Assembly: GCA_963846575.1 (NCBI GenBank)
Contig: CAWJWJ010000002.1
Span: forward strand, 1,088,001-1,152,000
Reading direction: 5' to 3'
Origin: an uncultured Nitrospiraceae bacterium
Lineage (GTDB): Bacteria; Nitrospirota; Nitrospiria; Nitrospirales; Nitrospiraceae
DNA: 64,000 nt
In this document: positions 1-10,062 of the stretch, one piece after another
Layout: each line of letters opens with the position of its first letter
Position numbering within the stretch: position 1 is the stretch's first letter
Position numbers and translations under genes: made by a program
The notes under the pieces: generated by a model
What the model saw: only the letters and a program-made list of their open reading frames with translations
The model's database searches: none
What the model was told of the DNA's origin: nothing

Positions 1-40
1 GCCCAGGGTTCTCGTCACGCTTGCGGGCACCGGAATGGCG
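1..40 (-). ncRNA. Possible 5' part of SRP (4.5S) RNA, truncated by window edge
   Basis: Minus strand reads CGCCATTCCGGTGCCCGCAAGCGTGACGAGAACCCTGGGC, downstream of tRNA-Ser. The tadA-tRNA-Ser-ffs-dnaX order is common in bacteria. The diagnostic CAGG-GRAA-AGCAG core would lie outside the window, so this is mostly synteny inference. Confidence 0.3.
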
Positions 41-198
41 CAATAGTCCATGCCGGCGGCCCAATTCTCCATTCTGGATTGAAACGATATTTCCGTACCG
101 GCGGCGGGAGATTTCTTGGCCATTGGATCAAGTCCAACAGACTGGGGAGCACCGGAACCGCATTCCCTACACTGCTCGATTTGCTAGAGAAGGGGATG

Positions 199-288
<90 letters not shown>

Positions 289-311
289 GCACATAGCCGA
301 CAAAGAGGTGC

Positions 312-340
312 AGCTTAACGTGGTCACTGGCAGGATTCAA
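312..340 (-). promoter_or_regulatory. Sigma70-type promoter for tRNA-Ser
   Basis: Minus strand TTGAAT-17 bp-TAAGCT, ending 23 bp upstream of the tRNA 5' end. Confidence 0.55.
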
Positions 341-553
341 ATGAAATCATGTGCTTGGACGTGATTTTCTTGTGCCCCTACGGGTATCTCACAAGTGAAT
401 AATAAATGATTCCGTTTTGTAATCCCCACATTCCGCCGTAGACTCACGTCGTGCCCTGAAACCGGCGGGACCAGCGTTTTTGCGCATCCGTGGCAGTGGG
501 TCAGTGGCACTTCGTTACGATGCATCTCTCGGTCCACTGGGGTTGAGCATTTT

Positions 554-3500
554 GTGGTCAGACACTCATCGTTAGCCATTCCCTCCGGCGCTACACTCCT
601 CGATGTCCTCAGATGGCGGGCCGAGCACCAACCAGACCAGATAGCCTATGTGTTTCTTCGAGACGGGATTACCCCTGATGGGGTTCTGACCTACAAGGAT
701 CTGGACGCGCGGGCACGCTCGATCGCGGGGTACCTGCAAACCCGATTTATGCCTGGCGCTTGCCTGCTTCTCGTGTACCCACCCGGGCTTGAGTTCGTAG
801 AGGCTTTATGGGGCTCGCTGTATGCCGGAATGGTGGCCGTTCCGGTTCCCCCGCCGGATGCATTTCGGCTCGCTCATGGTACTGCGCGTCTGCACCGTAT
901 CGCGGAGGATGCGCGTCCGGCCGGGGCCCTCAGCACGACTCAGATTTGCACCATGCTGGGACAGGAAGCTCTGCGTGAGGGGTCAGTCGGATCCACACAG
1001 TGGATGACCCTGGAGGAGGTTGGCGACGAATTTTCCCACCAGTGGAAAGTGCCAACGGCAGTTGCTTCGACGCTCGCCTATTTACAATATACGTCCGGTT
1101 CCACCTCCGCTCCGAAGGGCGTCATGGTCAGCCATGGGAATATGACGGCGCAAAGCCGTTGTATCACGCAGGCTGGCGGGTACGAATCACATTCCGTCAC
1201 CCTCTCCTGGATGCCGCACTTCCACGACTATGGCCTCGTGAAGGGTATCGTGCATCCCCTATGGATCGGCCGTCCGTCCTATCTCATGTCTCCGCTCACG
1301 TTTCTCAAACGTCCCTTGCGTTGGCTCCACGCGATTCAGCGGTTTCAGGTGACGCACAGCGGAGGCCCCAACTTTGCCTATCGGCATTGCGTCGAATCCA
1401 TGAGGGCGGAGGATCGTGCCGGGATGGACCTCTCGGGGTGGGAGGTGGCGAGTTGCGGGGCTGAGCCTATTGCGCCGGACACGATCGCTCGATTCACAGA
1501 CGCCTTCGCCCCTGCGGGATTCCGGCCTGAGGCATTTTCTCCTGCGTATGGCATGGCCGAATTCACATTACTGATATCCCTGAAGCGAAAGGGCCTGCTG
1601 CCGACAGTGGAAACCCTCGATCCGGCAGCCTTGGAACAGGGATTAGTCTCCGCCACGAGGGAGGGAGATTCACCCGTTCGGCCGGTCGTTGGCTGCGGCA
1701 CACCGGTCGGAGACACACAAGTCATCATCGTCCATCCGGATACCCTGTCACAGTGCGCGGCGCAACAGATCGGTGAAATTTGGCTGGCTGGAGCCAGCAT
1801 CGCGCAGGGCTATTGGAACAATCCGGAGGAGACCGCACGCACATTCGGCGGGATTCTTCGCGAGACCGGCGAGGGGCCCTTTTTACGGACGGGCGATCTC
1901 GGGTTCGTGAAGGACGGCGAGCTCTTCGTGACGGGGCGGTTAAAAGATCTCCTGATCATACGTGGCCGAAATCACTATCCACAGGATATCGAACGGACGG
2001 TGGAGCAATGTCATGGGCTGCTGAGACGAGGTGGCGCGGCGGCATTCTCCGTGGTGCAGGCGGGTGAGGAGGCGGTCGTCGTTATCCAGGAGGTCGAACG
2101 TCAAGCCACAATGCTCGATATCGAGGAAGTGGCTGGGACCATTCGCGCTGCGGTGTCAGCGCAGCATGATCTCCATGTCTTCGCCATCATGTTCATCAAG
2201 GCGGGTGGGCTTCCGAAAACCTCCAGCGGGAAGGTACAGCGACGGGCCTGTCGCGAGGCCTTCATCAAAGGTGAACTCCCGGTCCTGGCCGAAAGCCGGC
2301 GTGAACTGCCGCGGGTTGCGGTCTCGTCCGCCCTCGTCACGGAAAAAAATGGCCAGGACCTCTCCCGCGATGCACAACTGCGTTACATCGAAGAACACCT
2401 TCAGGACCTGATCGCTGCGCGCCTCGGCAGTACACGGGACGCCATACCTTGCGAGAGACCGGTCCATCTGCTGGGACTTGATTCCCTCATGGCGGCAGAG
2501 GTGCTGCACGCAGTGGAGACAGCATGGGAGGTATCGCTTTCCTTACCGGTTCTGCTCGGGGGAGCCACCATTGTCGATCTTGCGGCGATGATCGGGGAGG
2601 CAAGGCTCCGGCCTGAGACCCGGCCCAATGATGCCTCTTCGGCTGAGTTCTCTTCAGAAGAGTTAATCCCGCTTTCGGAAAATCAGGCTGCCTTATGGTT
2701 CCTGAGCCGGTTGGCTCCGGATGATCCCGCCGCCAACGTGTCGGTCTTGCTGCACCTGCCCTCAGACGTCGATGAAACGTTCCTCCGACAAGCGATTGTG
2801 CAGCTTGGTCTGCGCCATGCGACGCTACGCACTACTTTTGAAACCCAGCAGGACCTTCCGGTTCAACGAATCCACGACCGCCTGCCCATTAGTTGGTCGG
2901 TCGTCGATGGAGCGGCGTGGGACTGGGGGATGATGCGCCGGCAGGCGACCGAAGCAGCGGCGGTCCCGTTTGATCTCCTCCATGGGCCGGTGTGGAGGGC
3001 ATTGCTCTTCCGGCGCCGGCAGGATGCGTTCCTTCTGCTCGTCGCCCATCATATAGCCGTGGACGGCTGGTCGATGAGTCAGCTGGTTGATGATCTCAAG
3101 CGACTCTATGGGGCGGCTCAAACCGGCACGACGGTCCTTGCAGACGAGGTCGGTGATGAAATTGCCTCGTACGGTGAATTCGTCACATGGCATCAAGGCC
3201 TGCTCGAGAGCGAAGAAGGCCGACGTCTGGCCGAGTATTGGCGGACACGGCTCGCGGGGGACCTGCCGAAGTATGACATTCTCTATGACCGTCCCCAGAC
3301 CAGCGTCGAACCAGGCCGGTATAGCTGGCATCCGTTCCATATCGAAGCCTCGTTGACGGAACGGCTCAAGACCTTTGCCCGGGCTGAGGGGACGACGTTG
3401 TACGCGGTCTGTCTGGCTGCCCTTCAGGTGCTGCTGTACCGTTATACGAATCAGGAAGATACGACGGTGGTCACGCCGGTGTTCGGACGAAGCCGGACCC

Positions 3501-6500
3501 GGTTTGCGCAGACCATCGGGGACTTCGTCAACATGCTCGTGCTGCGAGAGCGCCTTCATCCGAACCATAGCGGACGGGAACTACTGGCGCGGACCAAGCG
3601 CACGCTCCTGGACGCACTGGATCATCAGGATTACCCGTACTCGCGGCTCGTGTCGGATCTCCGGCCGACGCGCGATCAGCAACGCGCGCCAGTGGCACAA
3701 ATCCTCTTCGTCCTGCAGAAATTCAATTTGCTCGCTGAACTCGACGCACGCATGGGGGAGTCAGGCTTGCCGTCGTCAGAAGACAGCCGGCCCGGGTGGG
3801 ACACCTACGTCATACCCCAGCAGAGCGGGCAGTTTGATCTCTGTATTGAACTGGCGGAGTCGGGTGACGGGTTGAGAGGGTACTTCGAATATAAGGATCA
3901 GCTGCTCGCGCCGGAGACGGTGGCCCGACTGCAGGAGCACTATCTGCGCCTCCTGGACGGCCTGGTCACCGATCCCGCCGGCCGCATCGGTGAGCTTCCC
4001 CTGATGTCTGAGGCCGAGCAACAGCGGACAGTGCTCGTGTGGGGCCGGGCGCCGAAGCCGACTGTGACGTTGTCCTGCCTTCACCGGTTGATGGAAGAGC
4101 AAGCGCGGCGGACACCCGGCGCCATTGCGGTGCAACAGGGGCATCAGCGGCTCACCTACGGAGACCTGAATGCCAGATCGTCCCGCCTGGCCCATTATCT
4201 TCGCCGGCGGGGAGCCGGGGCTGGTGTCGTGGTGGCCCTCTGTGTCGAACGGTCGCTCGATCTGATCGTCGGTCTGCTGGGCATTCTGAAATCGGGCGCT
4301 GCCTACCTTCCGCTCGATGCCGACTATCCAATCGAGCGACTGGACTATATGTTGCGGGACAGCCAGGTTCGTGTTTTGGTCACCCGACAGGATCAACTGG
4401 CACGGTTACCGGCGACCAACACCCACACCATCTGCCTCGATTCGGAATGGGATCAGATCGCAGGTTGCCCGGACAGCCCGATCGAAGGAACCGATGCATT
4501 ACATAACCTGGCCTATGTGATGTACACCTCGGGATCCACCGGTCATCCCAAAGGCGTGATGATCGAACATCGGTCCATTGCGAACTATGTCCAGGCCATC
4601 ACGGAACTCGCCGGGGTGACCGCGGAGGACCGGTCGCTCCAATTTGCTTCGTTGAGTTTTGACACCGCAGCCGAAGAAATCTTTCCCTGCCTCGCGGCGG
4701 GCGCGACCTTGGTGCTGCGCACTACGGAGATGGTCGAGTCCGTATCGGGGTTCCTTGATCGCTGTCGTGAATGGCAAATCACCCTTCTGGACTTGCCGAC
4801 GGCCTATTGGCATGAACTCGTCGCCCGAATGGAATTGGAGCAACTGGCCTTCCCGGCATGCGTCAGAACCGTGATCATCGGCGGGGAACGTGTCCTTCCG
4901 CACATCGTGCGGCGTTGGGGAAAATTGGTCGGTCACCGAGTGCGGCTGTTGAATACCTACGGCCCCACGGAGACCACGGTCGCCGTCACCTGCGCGGACC
5001 TCACCGTTCAGGAGGTGCAGGGAGAGGTGCAAGGCGAGTTGCCGATCGGACGGGTGATTACCGGCGCTTCGGTTTACGTGCTGGATCAGCAGCGTCAGTT
5101 GGTTCCGGTCGGGGTGGCGGGAGAACTCTACGTCGGCGGCGTGGGAGTGGCCAGGGGATATCGCGGGCGTCCGGATCTTACCGAATCGAAGTTTATTCCT
5201 GATCCCTTCTCTGATCTCGCGGGGGCACGCCTGTATCGAACCGGCGACCTTGTCTCCTGGCGAGCGGATGGGCAGCTGGACTATCGAGGTCGTGTGGATC
5301 GTCAGGTGAAGATTCGCGGATACCGTATCGAGCTGGAGGAGATCGAGGCGGTCCTGAACCGGCACCCCGATTTGGAACGTGCGGTGGTGGAAGTGCGGGA
5401 GGACCAGCCCGGAGATAAACGGATCGTCGCATTCATGGTACTCCGCCCGCAGAGCCGGCTTGGCCTCGAGCAGTTACGCGAACAACTGCGACGACAGCTT
5501 CCGGCTCATATGATCCCCTCGTCCTTTATCGAACTCGAAGCCCTGCCTCTGACGGCTAACGGTAAGGTGGATCGTCGTGCGCTGAGCGTGGCCGCCGATA
5601 GTCGTGCAAGCAAGGTGGATGTGACATCCAGGTTTGTGGCTCCCAGAAATTCCACGGAACAAGTGCTGGCCGATATCTGGGGAGAAATCCTGCATCTCAA
5701 GGACGTCGGAGTACAGGACAACTTTTTCGAGCTGGGCGGGAATTCTCTCTTGGCGACACAGCTGGTCTCGAGGGTCCATGCGTTGTTCCGGACGAGCCTT
5801 CCGCTGCGGAGGGTGTTTGAGACACCCACGATTGCCACCTTGGCAGAGGCGATCGGACAGACGCGGGGAGCCGGGCAGCCGATCGCGGAGAGGATGGACC
5901 TGGCCATCACGAAGGCCCCGCGAGGAATGCCGCTGCCGCTATCCTTCGCCCAGGAGCGGATGTGGTTTCTCTACCGGCTGTCCCCCGGCGCAGCCGCCTA
6001 CAATATTCCGGCCAGCGTGCGCTTGCATGGCCCGCTCAATAGGGCAGCGCTGCGTCGGAGTGTCGCGGAACTGGTCCGGCGTCATGAAACGCTTCGGACC
6101 ACCTTTACACAGACCGACGGGCACGCACGGCAGATCATTCACGAGGTGTTGGAGCCGCAGTGGACCCAAGAGGACCTGCGCGCCGTGCCGTCGGAAATAC
6201 GGGAGCCGCGGGCATTAGAGCTGGCGACCGGCGAGGCCCGCCGTGTGTTCGATCTTGAACGGGGTCCGTTACTGCGTGTCCTGCTGATCCAACTTGGTGA
6301 GGAAGATCATATCTTGGTGATGAGTACGCATCACATCATTTCCGATCAATGGTCCTATGGTGTGATCGCGAGGGAGTTGGTGAGCAGCTACAACGCATTC
6401 TGCTCAGGCAGCCCTTCGTTCCTGCGGCCGGAGCTCGCCATCCAGTATGCTGATTTTGCGTTGTGGCAGCGCAATTGGTTGACGGGACCGGTGCTTGACG

Positions 6501-9500
6501 AACAACTCGTGTATTGGAAATCCAAACTCCTCGATCTGCCGGCCATGACCCTGCCGGCCGACCGACCGCGGCTCCCTGTGCATTCATTTCAAGGAGACCA
6601 CGTGTCGATCGAACTCCCCTGGGCCTTGATCAACCGGCTCAAGCAAGTCAGCATCCGTGAGGGCGTGACCCTCTATATGCTGTTCCTGAGCGGGTTTTTC
6701 GTGCTGCTCCATCGCCTGACGCAACAGCGCGATTTGGTGATCGGGACACCGATCGCGAATCGTAATCGCCTCGAAGTCGAGGAGTTGGTCGGCACGTTCG
6801 TCAATACGCTGGTGTTGCGGACGGATGTCTCGAGCGATCTGACTTTCCGGGAGTTTCTGGCGCAGGTGCGTGACCTGTCGCTTGATGCTTATGCGCACCA
6901 GGACGCACCGTTCGAAAAACTGGTGGAAGAACTGCGTCCGGACCGCAGCCAGGGGGGGCTGCCTCTGGTGCAGGTTCTGTTCAATTTTGCCAATACGCCT
7001 TTCGGGCGTGCGGAGTTTCAGCACCTGTCCTGGACGCCGTACGAGGTGAGTCGGGGCGCGGCACAGCTGGACCTTGGCTTGTCGATCGACCCGTTCGCCT
7101 CTCGCAAGGCCTATTTGGAATACAACACGGATCTGTTCGATCGCGCTACGGCCGAGCGATGGGTGGCGCAATACCGGCAGTTGATGGAAGCGATTGTGCA
7201 GCAGCCCGAGGCTCAGCTCGGACGGCTTCCGATCCTCACCGAACAGGAGCGGCACCGAGTCCTTCGGGAATGGAATGCGACCGAGACGATGGGTGAGAGC
7301 GATGTCTGCTTTCCGCAGCTGTTCGAAGAGCAAGTCGCCCGCTCGCCGGACGCCATCGCCGTGGTTTGTGACGGCGTCGAGCTTTCCTACGCGGAACTGA
7401 ATCGTCGCGCGAATAGAGTGGCCCATCAATTACGTGGCTGGGGTGTGGGACCGGATGCCGTCGTTCCGATCTTTCTGGAACGCTCACTGGACTTACTCAT
7501 CAGTCTCCTGGGCGTGCTGAAGGCGGGAGGGGCCTATCTTCCCCTGGTGCCCGGGCTGCCCATGCGGCGATTGGCCGTCATGATCGAGACGAGCCATGCG
7601 GCGGTTCTCGTCACCTCGTCCACACTGCTCGCCGGCCTTCCACCGCATCAACTGCCGGTCCTGTGTATTGATCGTGACCCGGACACGCTGACGCACTATC
7701 CGGCGGACGACCCCTCGCCTCTGGCAGGGCCGCAGCATCTAGCCTATGTGCTGTTTACCTCCGGATCGACCGGTCAGCCCAAAGGCGTCGAAATTGAACA
7801 TCGCGCCCTCGTCAATTTTCTCCGATCGATGCAACGCGAGCCGGGTGTGACTGGCGCCGATGTGCTGATCGCGCTCACGCCGTTGTCGTTTGATATCGCC
7901 GGTCTTGAGCTCTATCTGCCGCTTCTGACAGGCGCGCGTATCCTGTTGGCCAAGAGCCGGCAGGCGATGGATGGACCCTGGTTGCAACGGGAGCTGGATC
8001 AGGGCACGGTGACCGTCATGCAGGCCACCCCGGCAACCTGGCGGATGGTGTTGCAGTCCGGATGGCAGGGCAAACGTAAGGTCAAGGTGCTCTGCGGCGG
8101 GGAAGCCTTGCCTCGAGAGTTGGCGCAGGAGCTCCTGTCCCGCGCGTCGTCGGTGTGGAATGTGTACGGGCCGACGGAGACGACCATTTGGTCGACCCTG
8201 GAGCGTGTGCGTTCAGCGGAACGGACGGTTCCGATCGGCCGCCCGATCGCCAATACGCAAGCGTATGTGCTGGACCAGAACCGGGAACCGGTGCCGGTTG
8301 GAATACCGGGAGAGCTGTATCTCGGCGGGATGGGGCTCGCGCGGGGATACCGGTATGCTCCACGGTTGACGGAGGAGCGATTTGTCGCAAGCCCGTTCAG
8401 AGCAGGGGAACGGCTGTATCGAACGGGAGACCAGGTGAAATGGTTGCCCGACGGCAGATTGGAGTATCTCGGGCGCATCGATTTTCAAGTGAAGTTACGG
8501 GGATTCCGGATCGAGCTTGGAGAAATCGAGACGCTGCTGGCGGAAGATCACACCGTCGAACAGGCCGTCGTCATCGTGCGGGAAGATGTGCCGGGAGAGA
8601 AGCGGCTGGTGGGTTACGTCGTGGCAAAACACAAAGAGCTGTGCGATCCGGAGTCATTGCGCAGTGCCCTGCGCGAGATGGTTCCCGACTATATGGTGCC
8701 AGCCGCGATTGTTGTTCTGACCGGGTTTCCGTTGACCCCGAACGGCAAGGTTGATCGCAGCGCGTTGCCGGTGCCGGTCGCTGAACCCGTGCATGATAGC
8801 GGGCACGCCATTGAACCGAGAAACCGGATCGAGTTACAGCTGGCCGCGATCTGGGAACAGGTACTGGGCATTACGCCGATCGGCGTACGGGACAATTTTT
8901 TTGCGCTCGGGGGGTACTCGTTGCTGGCGTTGCGCATGTTCAGTGCGATCGAGCAGACGTTCGGCGCACGTCTGCCGATGGCGGTGCTGTTTCATGCACC
9001 GACGATCGAGCAACTGGCCGACGTTCTGGCTGGTGAAGGGCGGACCGTGCGATGGCGGTCGTTAGTGGCGATTCAGCCGGAGGGACAGCATCAGCCGTTC
9101 TTTGTGGTACCGGGGGTGGGCGGCAACGTGCTGGTTTTCGCGCGCCTGGCCAAACTGCTCGGCAACGACCAGCCGTTTTACGGGCTGCAGGCCCGCGGCC
9201 TCGATGGAAAAGAAAAACCGTTCATGCGGATTGAGGACATGGCGGCGCATTACGTCGACGAAATTCGGTCGGTTCAGCCGAATGGGCCCTATCTCATCGG
9301 CGGAACCTGCACCGGGGGGCTGGCAGCCTATGAGATCGCTCAGCAACTCACGGCCAGAGGAGAAGAGGTGATACTCGCTATCGTCGAATCCTGGCACCCG
9401 CGATCCTATGTCACCCACTGGAGCCGTGCCCCGTACCTGTTGTGGCCTCTGTTGTTTGTCGGGATGAAGCTGGTGGCCTACTACCGCCTCATGCGCCCGC

Positions 9501-9925
9501 TTCCCGTGCGCGAGTGGCCGACGTTCTGGCAAGGGAAGGTGAAGCGACTGTGGGGTCTCATGCACCACGGCGAGGCTGCCGAACATCAGGATGAATTCCT
9601 TTACAAAGACCAGGTGACCTACGCCACGTTCCATGCCGCGGCGCGCTATGACTTGAAACCGTTTCGAGGCCAGGTTCTCAATGTGATCGCCTCCAAACAT
9701 CCTGTGACCAATTCCGAGGAGGACACCCGTCTGGTCTTCGGAGCGGCGGCTAGCGGGATGAGCCGCACGATATACCTGCCTGCCGAAGATTCGGGACGCC
9801 TCTTCACGGCGCCTCACGTGCAGGAATTGGCCGCCCATCTCAAGATGTTCTGGCAGGAAGCCAGGGCACAGCTCCGGCGAAAGCCGGACGATCAGAAGAC
9901 CGGATCGTCATCGAGGGCCGCCTGA
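554..9925 (+). CDS. Non-ribosomal peptide synthetase, FAAL-ACP-C-A-T-C-A-T-TE (lipopeptide synthetase)
   Basis: 3123 aa ORF. FAAL motifs (YLQYTSGSTSAPKG, WMPHFHDYGL, GRNHYPQDIE); carriers LGLDSL, LGGNSL, LGGYSL; C domains HHIAVDG and HHIISDQ; two A domains (TSGSTG.PKG, YGPTETT, YRTGD, NGKVDR); terminal thioesterase fold. Start codon approximate. Confidence 0.97.
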   Translation: MVRHSSLAIPSGATLLDVLRWRAEHQPDQIAYVFLRDGITPDGVLTYKDLDARARSIAGYLQTRFMPGACLLLVYPPGLEFVEALWGSLYAGMVAVPVPPPDAFRLAHGTARLHRIAEDARPAGALSTTQICTMLGQEALREGSVGSTQWMTLEEVGDEFSHQWKVPTAVASTLAYLQYTSGSTSAPKGVMVSHGNMTAQSRCITQAGGYESHSVTLSWMPHFHDYGLVKGIVHPLWIGRPSYLMSPLTFLKRPLRWLHAIQRFQVTHSGGPNFAYRHCVESMRAEDRAGMDLSGWEVASCGAEPIAPDTIARFTDAFAPAGFRPEAFSPAYGMAEFTLLISLKRKGLLPTVETLDPAALEQGLVSATREGDSPVRPVVGCGTPVGDTQVIIVHPDTLSQCAAQQIGEIWLAGASIAQGYWNNPEETARTFGGILRETGEGPFLRTGDLGFVKDGELFVTGRLKDLLIIRGRNHYPQDIERTVEQCHGLLRRGGAAAFSVVQAGEEAVVVIQEVERQATMLDIEEVAGTIRAAVSAQHDLHVFAIMFIKAGGLPKTSSGKVQRRACREAFIKGELPVLAESRRELPRVAVSSALVTEKNGQDLSRDAQLRYIEEHLQDLIAARLGSTRDAIPCERPVHLLGLDSLMAAEVLHAVETAWEVSLSLPVLLGGATIVDLAAMIGEARLRPETRPNDASSAEFSSEELIPLSENQAALWFLSRLAPDDPAANVSVLLHLPSDVDETFLRQAIVQLGLRHATLRTTFETQQDLPVQRIHDRLPISWSVVDGAAWDWGMMRRQATEAAAVPFDLLHGPVWRALLFRRRQDAFLLLVAHHIAVDGWSMSQLVDDLKRLYGAAQTGTTVLADEVGDEIASYGEFVTWHQGLLESEEGRRLAEYWRTRLAGDLPKYDILYDRPQTSVEPGRYSWHPFHIEASLTERLKTFARAEGTTLYAVCLAALQVLLYRYTNQEDTTVVTPVFGRSRTRFAQTIGDFVNMLVLRERLHPNHSGRELLARTKRTLLDALDHQDYPYSRLVSDLRPTRDQQRAPVAQILFVLQKFNLLAELDARMGESGLPSSEDSRPGWDTYVIPQQSGQFDLCIELAESGDGLRGYFEYKDQLLAPETVARLQEHYLRLLDGLVTDPAGRIGELPLMSEAEQQRTVLVWGRAPKPTVTLSCLHRLMEEQARRTPGAIAVQQGHQRLTYGDLNARSSRLAHYLRRRGAGAGVVVALCVERSLDLIVGLLGILKSGAAYLPLDADYPIERLDYMLRDSQVRVLVTRQDQLARLPATNTHTICLDSEWDQIAGCPDSPIEGTDALHNLAYVMYTSGSTGHPKGVMIEHRSIANYVQAITELAGVTAEDRSLQFASLSFDTAAEEIFPCLAAGATLVLRTTEMVESVSGFLDRCREWQITLLDLPTAYWHELVARMELEQLAFPACVRTVIIGGERVLPHIVRRWGKLVGHRVRLLNTYGPTETTVAVTCADLTVQEVQGEVQGELPIGRVITGASVYVLDQQRQLVPVGVAGELYVGGVGVARGYRGRPDLTESKFIPDPFSDLAGARLYRTGDLVSWRADGQLDYRGRVDRQVKIRGYRIELEEIEAVLNRHPDLERAVVEVREDQPGDKRIVAFMVLRPQSRLGLEQLREQLRRQLPAHMIPSSFIELEALPLTANGKVDRRALSVAADSRASKVDVTSRFVAPRNSTEQVLADIWGEILHLKDVGVQDNFFELGGNSLLATQLVSRVHALFRTSLPLRRVFETPTIATLAEAIGQTRGAGQPIAERMDLAITKAPRGMPLPLSFAQERMWFLYRLSPGAAAYNIPASVRLHGPLNRAALRRSVAELVRRHETLRTTFTQTDGHARQIIHEVLEPQWTQEDLRAVPSEIREPRALELATGEARRVFDLERGPLLRVLLIQLGEEDHILVMSTHHIISDQWSYGVIARELVSSYNAFCSGSPSFLRPELAIQYADFALWQRNWLTGPVLDEQLVYWKSKLLDLPAMTLPADRPRLPVHSFQGDHVSIELPWALINRLKQVSIREGVTLYMLFLSGFFVLLHRLTQQRDLVIGTPIANRNRLEVEELVGTFVNTLVLRTDVSSDLTFREFLAQVRDLSLDAYAHQDAPFEKLVEELRPDRSQGGLPLVQVLFNFANTPFGRAEFQHLSWTPYEVSRGAAQLDLGLSIDPFASRKAYLEYNTDLFDRATAERWVAQYRQLMEAIVQQPEAQLGRLPILTEQERHRVLREWNATETMGESDVCFPQLFEEQVARSPDAIAVVCDGVELSYAELNRRANRVAHQLRGWGVGPDAVVPIFLERSLDLLISLLGVLKAGGAYLPLVPGLPMRRLAVMIETSHAAVLVTSSTLLAGLPPHQLPVLCIDRDPDTLTHYPADDPSPLAGPQHLAYVLFTSGSTGQPKGVEIEHRALVNFLRSMQREPGVTGADVLIALTPLSFDIAGLELYLPLLTGARILLAKSRQAMDGPWLQRELDQGTVTVMQATPATWRMVLQSGWQGKRKVKVLCGGEALPRELAQELLSRASSVWNVYGPTETTIWSTLERVRSAERTVPIGRPIANTQAYVLDQNREPVPVGIPGELYLGGMGLARGYRYAPRLTEERFVASPFRAGERLYRTGDQVKWLPDGRLEYLGRIDFQVKLRGFRIELGEIETLLAEDHTVEQAVVIVREDVPGEKRLVGYVVAKHKELCDPESLRSALREMVPDYMVPAAIVVLTGFPLTPNGKVDRSALPVPVAEPVHDSGHAIEPRNRIELQLAAIWEQVLGITPIGVRDNFFALGGYSLLALRMFSAIEQTFGARLPMAVLFHAPTIEQLADVLAGEGRTVRWRSLVAIQPEGQHQPFFVVPGVGGNVLVFARLAKLLGNDQPFYGLQARGLDGKEKPFMRIEDMAAHYVDEIRSVQPNGPYLIGGTCTGGLAAYEIAQQLTARGEEVILAIVESWHPRSYVTHWSRAPYLLWPLLFVGMKLVAYYRLMRPLPVREWPTFWQGKVKRLWGLMHHGEAAEHQDEFLYKDQVTYATFHAAARYDLKPFRGQVLNVIASKHPVTNSEEDTRLVFGAAASGMSRTIYLPAEDSGRLFTAPHVQELAAHLKMFWQEARAQLRRKPDDQKTGSSSRAA

Positions 9926-9939
9926 AAGGCGCGGCCCTC
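9913..9939 (+). promoter_or_regulatory. GC-rich stem-loop overlapping the NRPS stop codon
   Basis: GAGGGCCGCC-TGAA-AGGCGCGGCCCTC. No U-tract, so more likely an mRNA stabiliser or pause site than a terminator. Confidence 0.4.
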
Positions 9940-10062
9940 GAACACCAGCGTGGGGTTAGCGTGGCCATGCTAAACTGTCCGCCGACCGGGAGCTTGCGAC
10001 GACGAATGGAGCAGTGAGGCCTCTCCGGCTCTCGGCAGCTTCTTGGCAACTGGATTTCCAGC

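Noticed and set aside
506..522. TGGCAC upstream of the NRPS as a sigma54 promoter
   Set aside because: No GC at the -12 position at the required spacing.
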